A stretch of 45,646 bases of DNA from Deltaproteobacteria bacterium (GTDB lineage Bacteria > Desulfobacterota > Desulfobacteria > Desulfobacterales > UBA11574), in assembly GCA_019314155.1 (NCBI GenBank), contig JAFCZV010000008.1, positions 1 to 45,646 of the forward strand, in the 5' to 3' direction. The translations under genes and the position numbers were made by a program. The notes under the pieces were generated by a model that saw only the letters and a list, made by a program, of their open reading frames with translations, was not told where the DNA came from and did no database searches. Of the stretch, positions 40,381-45,646 are shown in pieces (within the stretch, counting starts at the first letter, position 1; each line of letters opens with the position of its first letter).

Positions 40381-42162
40381 TCATGCTGCCTCTAAATCGG
40401 AGGGGCTTTCATCGGCAGTCTTTTCCGCATTTTTAACAGCAAGATTCTTTAACTGAAAGAAAATATCCGTGACCTGGACGTTCTGGGGGCAATGCTCCTG
40501 GCACTGATAACAGGTCACGCAATTCCAAAGCATACTTGGGCCGGAAGCCATTTCTACCAGGCCCAAACCAAGACAGTTCATGATTTGATGGGGCAACAGG
40601 CCCAGAGTCTTTTGAGGATTCTCATAGCAGACTACAACGGGACATACTGTGGTACAGTTCTGGCAGCCAAAGCAGTAGGAGAATGTGCTGCTGCTTGGCA
40701 GCTTGTTCAATTCAGCGATTTTTCTGTCCTTAAAAGAGATCGGCCTGCTCTTATCCATTACCTGTTCAAACTTGCCGGCAGCAGCCCGGCTTGCCACTGA
40801 CAGCGGCTTGCCATAATCATCTTCAGAGATATTCTCTCTATTCAAGCCCCGGTAAAAGGAAAACGGAGAAAGAATCAGCAGCTCCGGATAGCCTCTTTGA
40901 ACCAGATCCTCCCTTACAACGAACCATAATTCCCTGAGATTGATCCCTGCCGGACAAACCACGGTACATCGGTCACAATTCGTGCAAAGGTAAACACCTT
41001 CCTGTATGGCGCACAGCTCCTTTTGGCTGAGGTCTTTCCCGGAAGCCAGGCTTTTGAGAAAGGTCATCTTTTCTGAAGGCAAAATGTATTCATTGCCCAG
41101 GGCATCAAATGCCGCCGAGGCAGAGCATCGCAGACTGCAGGTTCCACAGCGCATGCAGGCATCCAGCTCCATGGCCTGCCGCGTTGCAATATTTGCCGGG
41201 TCTGATTTTTCCTTGTCCATGACTGAATTTGCAAGCAGGCTTAGGGGCGTGGCGAAAATGTGAAACATCTTGCTGAACGGCAGATAGGCCAGTCCAAAAA
41301 AACAGGCTAAAAAATGGATATACCACAGGATGTCAGAGGCTTTCGCTCGGTCCAATGCTAAGGCGATAGGTTTCGATATTTTGGCAAACGCATACCCCAT
41401 AAAGGCCCATTGAGGCGGAGAATGACAGTCCATACAACTCTCCTCGTGAATCTCTTGGCCCGAAACCAGCACATCTTCTTCGAAAGGACCCTTTACATTC
41501 GGGGATACTACACTAAACTTTTGAACCCAGTAACTTTCAAGCGCCTTTATTTCATCTTCGTCATCCTCTAAGGTCATATCGGCATAATCCTCCACCATGA
41601 TCTGAAATTCGGTATAAGACGCAATTTTTGTTGCTTCCAGAAGCACACCCGAAATCATAATGACGGCCAGAATAATAATGGCATAGTGATCCATGGCGTT
41701 GGTTTTTAGGCGGGGCACTTTCAAGATGAACCGTCGATATATGGCAATACCAACACCAATAATTACCATAAAACCGAACAGATCTCTTAAAAACATAAAT
41801 GGATTGACCGTGGAATAGTAATCGGTGAAAAGAGGCTCGGATATAAAGACCTCGAGAGCATGCATCAAAAGAAGGAGCATAAAGCCGGTGTAGATCAACA
41901 TGTGCATCAACCAGCGGAGAAAATCCTCCTTGAGAATCCTTCTCTGCAGCACAACATCAAGGACAAAAACCTGGATAAGGATCAGAATGTTTGCACTGAA
42001 AATAACTCCCAGCATCCCTTTGACAGACGCAGATATCCTCTCAGACGGTGAGATGCCTTTGGCTGAAATGCCGATTCTGCGAGTAAACCAGGTCGAAATT
42101 TTGTAGATCAGACCAAGGGCTAAGATAATAAGGGCAATGTACAATGAGATAGAGAAAAACAT
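40381..42162 (-). CDS. Membrane NarI/HdrE/DsrM-like cytochrome b domain fused to two HdrC-like 2x[4Fe-4S] modules
   Basis: 593-aa ORF. The N-terminal ~300 aa have 5-6 TM helices with conserved His (HMLIY, MHALE, DHYAI, YIHFLA, FHIF). The C-terminal part has CMRCGTCSLRC...CTNCDRCTVVCP and CFGCQNCTTVCP...CVTCYQCQEHCP. Confidence 0.83.
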   Translation of the reverse strand: MFFSISLYIALIILALGLIYKISTWFTRRIGISAKGISPSERISASVKGMLGVIFSANILILIQVFVLDVVLQRRILKEDFLRWLMHMLIYTGFMLLLLMHALEVFISEPLFTDYYSTVNPFMFLRDLFGFMVIIGVGIAIYRRFILKVPRLKTNAMDHYAIIILAVIMISGVLLEATKIASYTEFQIMVEDYADMTLEDDEDEIKALESYWVQKFSVVSPNVKGPFEEDVLVSGQEIHEESCMDCHSPPQWAFMGYAFAKISKPIALALDRAKASDILWYIHFLACFFGLAYLPFSKMFHIFATPLSLLANSVMDKEKSDPANIATRQAMELDACMRCGTCSLRCSASAAFDALGNEYILPSEKMTFLKSLASGKDLSQKELCAIQEGVYLCTNCDRCTVVCPAGINLRELWFVVREDLVQRGYPELLILSPFSFYRGLNRENISEDDYGKPLSVASRAAAGKFEQVMDKSRPISFKDRKIAELNKLPSSSTFSYCFGCQNCTTVCPVVVCYENPQKTLGLLPHQIMNCLGLGLVEMASGPSMLWNCVTCYQCQEHCPQNVQVTDIFFQLKNLAVKNAEKTADESPSDLEAA

Positions 42163-42356
42163 AGGATCATTCCCATAAATCTAATCTATCTAAAACCTGC
42201 ATAAACACTTTTGAAAGAGTTAAGAATTAATTTAAACTGAGCGTTTCAAATTGTGACCGGCCTGCTCTCCGCAACCCCGCCTGTTAAAGAAGGGTTGAGG
42301 GGAGCTATACAAAAGTAAAAAAAGTCCTTACCGGGCGCACAACACTGCCGCAAGGC

Positions 42357-42380
42357 AAAACCCGCGCTCTTTAGGGCGGG
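42357..42380 (-). terminator. Weak terminator-like hairpin between hgcB and the Hdr cluster
   Basis: Minus strand: CCCGC-cctaaagagc-GCGGG followed by TTTTG. Confidence 0.3.
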
Positions 42381-42646
42381 AAGCTTCAAATGATGTCAGC
42401 AAATCAATTTTTGTTTTAAGTCAGTTAACACAAGCAATTCAAAAAGAACTCTTTTCGATCTAAGAAAATCCCCTGTTGCAAAAGGCGATATAATTATAAT
42501 TTTAGGCTTAATTTGTCAAGGAATGTTTTTAAATTTCAGGGTCGGGTCAAGTTTAATTCAACCGTGGATGCATGTGAACCTGCTTCCCAATCCATGATTT
42601 CAGCCCGTGCCGCCAATGCCCCAAGGGGCATGCCGGAAATGAACTA

Positions 42647-42719
42647 CCCCGCAGCAGAGCTGCGAGGTATCAAAATGAATTTTTATCTTATTAACCCCGA
42701 TGCAGAACATCGAGGAATC
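42647..42719. repeat. Two copies of a 25-nt hairpin repeat with compensatory stem changes
   Basis: ccccGCAGCagaGCTGCgaggtatc (42647..42671) and ccccGATGcagaaCATCgaggaatc (42695..42719). The flanks are conserved and the stems differ but still pair. Confidence 0.7.
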
Positions 42720-42760
42720 CTTTTGATTGAAAATTAAAGAAATGCATTACGGTGATAGGA

Positions 42761-43090
42761 TTAACAGCAGCTTTTGCTTTGGTCTTTGGGAGGTTCGTTC
42801 TTGGTTTCGATAACACAGCAACAAGATCCTTCTCTACCCAGAGCTGAATTGATAACAGCCGCGGCACAGCCAACGCCTGCTTGCACGGTGAGCGCTTCTG
42901 TGGGACAATTCATTGCACAAGCCCCACACTCCATGCAGGCATCCCTGTTTTCAATTTGAACTTTCCTGTTGTTCATGCTCAGAACCGCGTGAGGGCATAC
43001 GACGACGCACATGCCGCAACCCGAGCAATTTTTCTCGTTTAATTGTAGCGTTACAACATCTTTTAAATAGATCGTCTTTTCCATTTTCAT
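42761..43090 (-). CDS. hgcB: Mercury methylation ferredoxin HgcB
   Basis: 109-aa ORF with two CX2CX2CX3CP motifs (CSGCGMCVVVCP, CMECGACAMNCP), the internal GVGCAAA Cys and a C-terminal ...SCC. Starts 6 nt after the hgcA stop. Confidence 0.88.
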   Translation of the reverse strand: MKMEKTIYLKDVVTLQLNEKNCSGCGMCVVVCPHAVLSMNNRKVQIENRDACMECGACAMNCPTEALTVQAGVGCAAAVINSALGREGSCCCVIETKNEPPKDQSKSCC

Positions 43091-43096
43091 CGGCCT

Positions 43097-44266
43097 TTAA
43101 GAGACAAATCGCGATCCCACCCAGAGGGTCAATCCAGCCACTCCACCAACAATTTCAAGGGGTACAGCCCATCGCATCTCTTTTTTGATGACACCGGAAA
43201 GAGATGTGTAGGTCGAAGCGCCGGTAAAATTCATGGCAAGATACGCTGCCGCCGCCGGGGCCAGAAAAAACCACGCCAGAATTTCAACATAACCCGGCCA
43301 CATGTTAAGATATCCCGCCCAGAAAACAGTAACGACCAGGGTCGTCCCCAGGCCCATGATCAAACCTTTCAGGGAAAAGGCGCGACCCGGAATCCAGGGC
43401 AGAAGAATCGGCGTTAAAACCGCTCCGGCCACCAGTGCTCCCAGCAGATTGAGCACAGCAAAAAGGCCATCGGTCATTGCACCGTTCCAAAATCCGGAGG
43501 GTGCTCCCAAACCTCCCAGCAGAAAAAAAGCAGGCAGCATCACCAGGGACCATTTTAAAACACTCACGAGTTCGATCGGAATTAGAATGGCCCTTTCCCT
43601 TACAGGAAAGGTCTTGCGCCGCATCCCCGGCGTTGCCTTCAGACCGGCATCCAGAAAAGCCGGCAAATCAGCGGTCCGGATCGGGCCGTAAATCGCTTTG
43701 AAACCGGAGCGTTTTCTAACCGTGTACGCAGCAACACCGGGACCTGCCAGCTGGGGAAGAATGACCTCCCGGTGGGACACCACACGGATCAATCCGCTGA
43801 GTTCGATGCGTTGAACCAATTCATCGGTTCCGAACGTTCCTTTTCCGGCGGCACACCAGACATTTATCCCTTGTGTGTTCAGAACCAGAATCCATGCATT
43901 CCGTCCGGGCAGGGCTTCACGCAATCGGTCAAAACTCATTTTGTAATTGGCCGTAACCAGAACCGGCGACTGATCATCCGGATCTCCAAGCGCATAAAGA
44001 CCGGGATCCACGGTATAATGCATACGGCCCACACCCCAGCGTGCCTTAATGCCGCCCCATCGGTCCGCCCAAACCAACGCGGATGAAATTTTTGGCACAT
44101 CACCCATCGATGTCCGGATCGAGCCGATAATAAACGGCTGTTTCATGTCGGGAAGGCTCACCTGAGCCTTTATCTTCCCGGGTCAGCAACTGCCGGTCAA
44201 AGATTCCGCCGACCCGGTTTCATGACAAGATTGTTTTTTCAAAAAATCAAGGGGTTTCATATCCAT
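43097..44266 (-). CDS. hgcA: Mercury methylation corrinoid protein HgcA, with a proposed N-terminal extension containing selenocysteine (TGA 44183..44185)
   Basis: The cap-helix signature GINVWCAAGKGTFGT is present, followed by a C-terminal domain with about five TM helices. The ORF track starts at GTG 44161. The same frame continues upstream as MDMKPLDFLKKQSCHETGSAESLTGSC-TGA-PGKIKAQ to ATG 44266, with RBS GAGGAA 8 nt upstream. The core HgcA call is very confident; the Sec extension is moderately confident. Confidence 0.85.
44149..44180 (-). promoter_or_regulatory. Candidate SECIS hairpin for the hgcA TGA 44183..44185
   Basis: mRNA UGA-CC-CGGG-AAGAUA-AAGGCUC-AGGU-GAGCCUU-CCCG. A perfect 7-bp upper stem with an AGGU tetraloop begins 12 nt 3' of the UGA. 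A CGGG/CCCG lower stem flanks a 6-nt bulge. Confidence 0.55.
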
Positions 44267-44313
44267 ATATGGTATTCCTCTTCCATTGACAGGCAGCCAA
44301 GTTAGGGCTCCCG

Positions 44314-44517
44314 CTATGAAGCCGGATAATTAATCTCTTTTAGTGTGTCCCTGATCTTTTCCAGAGTGGCCGGGGAATCCCATTCAACGGTAATGCTTTT
44401 ATTTTCCGCATTACCTTCCACTGAACCCACCCCTTCCAGTTCATTCAATTCGTTTTTGATGGACATGACACAATGTCCGCATGAAATATTTGGTATCGAA
44501 AATGTCTCTTGTTCCAT
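44314..44517 (-). CDS. Heavy-metal-associated (HMA, CopZ-like) metallochaperone
   Basis: 67-aa ORF with the ferredoxin-like HMA pattern and metal site SCGHC (FSIPNISCGHCVMSIKNEL). RBS AAGGAGA. Lies 47 nt upstream of the extended hgcA start on the same strand. Confidence 0.87.
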   Translation of the reverse strand: MEQETFSIPNISCGHCVMSIKNELNELEGVGSVEGNAENKSITVEWDSPATLEKIRDTLKEINYPAS

Positions 44518-44820
44518 TTTGTGACGTCTCCTTATATCTTTTGCAGCGGCGTTGATTTTTATCCTCTTTTGAAATCTGTTCTTTTCTTGGGCGCTTAAAC
44601 AGACGCGGCTTATCTGCTTCCGGCGTAATTAAACGGTTTGAAAAAACATTGTCCATGGAACGGGTTGAAGAACGCTACGCACCCATGAAATAAATAGAGA
44701 CAAATGAATCGGTTAACATGAATTTTTTATTAAAACAAGGTGTAATATTACTCTGGAGTTTAAACCCTAAACGCGGCAGAAAACATGACGATCAATAGAA
44801 GCGCAACATCATTTTTTTAA

Positions 44821-44849
44821 TTGACACATGTGCTACTATGTAGTATATT
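44821..44849 (+). promoter_or_regulatory. Near-consensus sigma70-type promoter with an embedded palindrome
   Basis: TTGACA (44821..44826), a 17-nt spacer, then TATATT (44844..44849). The spacer contains CTAC-tat-GTAG. Lies about 60 nt upstream of the ATG at 44911. Confidence 0.5.
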
Positions 44850-44910
44850 GCGGTTCCATAATCATACAAAATATGATCCTGAACAAAAAAATAGAGATGT
44901 AGACTTTAGC

Positions 44911-45345
44911 ATGAAAAAGATTGCCGTTGGAAACAAAAAGCATATGATGAAAAAGATGGGTGTTGTATTGACTCTGATTTTTACTGTGAGTTTATATGCC
45001 GGCGGTGTATTTGCCGACACGGGTTGCGGGGCTAAATGCTGTAATCAAACGAACCCGATCGGGATGCACCACACCACAGACGAACAGATAAAATCATTGA
45101 TGGATTGCCGTTCCAATATTCCTCAAATCCCTTGTGATTTACAATCAAAACAGGCCGTTGAATTGCCGGAATATGCGTTGGCTGCAGCCGGCAATCATTT
45201 TCCAAACACTGTTGGATTAACCAAGATTTTATCCGACTCCGGTATTGATAATAATGTTTTTAAACTCAATTGTTTTGTTCAAACGGTCTGGGAAAAATCC
45301 CAACCTCCCCCCATATATCTTCAGAAACAATCATTTTTAATCTGA
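44911..45345 (+). CDS. Secreted Cys-rich protein of unknown function, divergent from the HMA-hgcAB genes
   Basis: Signal-peptide-like N-terminus (MKKIAVGNKKHMMKKMGVVLTLIFTVSLYAGGVFA), then DTGCGAKCCNQ... with 7 Cys in the mature part. The start codon is uncertain (44911 or the internal ATGs near 44944). The ORF-track start at 44821 coincides with the promoter and is unlikely. Confidence 0.55.
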   Translation: MKKIAVGNKKHMMKKMGVVLTLIFTVSLYAGGVFADTGCGAKCCNQTNPIGMHHTTDEQIKSLMDCRSNIPQIPCDLQSKQAVELPEYALAAAGNHFPNTVGLTKILSDSGIDNNVFKLNCFVQTVWEKSQPPPIYLQKQSFLI

Positions 45346-45557
45346 ACATTTTTAATCTGAACTTTACAGCATAGGAATTTCTTTTTTAAGCGACAAAGCC
45401 CCCCGCCCGCCTTGCAAGCGAGAGCGTTGCGGTCAGGCGTCATTTAGAATCGTGAAGTGATTGTACAATTTGGGCACAAATGGTCTCAAATTTTGCGACT
45501 CATCTTCAATTAATAACACCTCAACTCAGCACAAAAAAATTTAAAGGAGCAGTTTTC

Positions 45558-45646
45558 ATGTCTAAAAAAGGAAGGAAAAAGAATAAAGAAAAAATTGCAG
45601 CTAAAAAAGCGGCGGTTCTAAAAACTGAGAAAAAAGGCCGTTTGCC
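45558..45646 (+). CDS. 5' end of a Lys-rich protein, truncated by the window edge
   Basis: ATG at 45558 behind RBS AAAGGAG. Translation: MSKKGRKKNKEKIAAKKAAVLKTEKKGRL... Confidence 0.3.
   Translation, partial: MSKKGRKKNKEKIAAKKAAVLKTEKKGRL

Noticed and set aside
42240-42390. A possible cobalamin riboswitch near the corrinoid-protein gene hgcA.
   Set aside because: I found no B12 box and no AGGGAA...GGTG core on either strand. The region is also downstream of hgcAB, not upstream.
42513-42737. The 74-aa plus-strand ORF (…NYPAAELRGIK…NPDAEHRGIL…) between hgcB and the Hdr cluster.
   Set aside because: Its only repeated peptide motif is the translation of the two hairpin repeats. It has no RBS, and its composition is typical of translated REP-like elements.
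44441-44656. The 71-aa minus-strand ORF overlapping the HMA gene start. I considered it a possible small regulator upstream of hgcA.
   Set aside because: It overlaps the well-supported HMA CDS in another frame, is Lys/Arg-rich with no HTH pattern, and has no RBS.
45333-45362. A tandem 15-bp duplication (atttttaatctgaac x2) spanning the stop codon of the Cys-rich protein gene.
   Set aside because: It is real in the sequence but short and AT-rich. It does not change the protein and only places a second TGA downstream, so it is most simply a slippage scar.

Overview
This 45.6-kb window is chromosomal DNA that looks like a sulfate-reducer-type (Desulfobacterales-like) deltaproteobacterium. That assignment is an inference from gene content only.

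Layout:
- 0-26 kb: mostly housekeeping. It holds a purH-like gene, threonine aldolase, dnaK-grpE, SRP RNA, tilS-ftsH-folP-coaX, two pilT-family ATPases, divIVA/yggT/proC, a tungsten-type aldehyde:ferredoxin oxidoreductase with MoaD/ThiS and CcdA, class II RNR nrdJ, an alpha/beta hydrolase, and DUF47-PiT.
- 26.1-27.7 kb: a decay zone with two gene remnants, a PAP2-phosphatase 5' fragment and a nuoN 3' fragment carrying an in-frame TAA.
- 27.7-42.2 kb: a ten-gene minus-strand redox cluster of HdrA-, MvhD-, HdrB-, HdrC/D-, NarI- and NfnB/GltD-like proteins. The ORF track splits four of these genes at in-frame TGA codons. Each TGA sits at a Cys position of the family motif and is followed by a hairpin 16-23 nt downstream, so I read them as selenocysteine.
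- 42.8-44.5 kb: an HMA metallochaperone gene followed by hgcA-hgcB, the mercury methylation pair (NVWCAAGK cap-helix motif; 2x[4Fe-4S] ferredoxin ending in CC).

The best candidate for something undescribed is hgcA. Its frame stays open 35 codons upstream of the ORF-track start, back to an ATG with an RBS. The only interruption is one TGA directly after a Cys (a C-U dyad), followed by a SECIS-like hairpin. This suggests a selenocysteine-containing HgcA.

Other points of note:
- The two MvhD paralogues have swapped Sec/Cys positions.
- One MvhD paralogue carries a C-terminal winged-helix-like tail.
- The Hdr cluster intergenic spacers contain unusual hairpins whose arms are short tandem repeats.
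- dnaK carries a perfect in-frame 57-bp tandem duplication in its substrate-binding domain.
- Threonine aldolase has an in-frame TGA without a convincing SECIS.

I saw no rRNA, tRNA, CRISPR, transposase, integrase or phage genes. All calls come from reading translations and sequence by eye. RNA ends and start codons are approximate.
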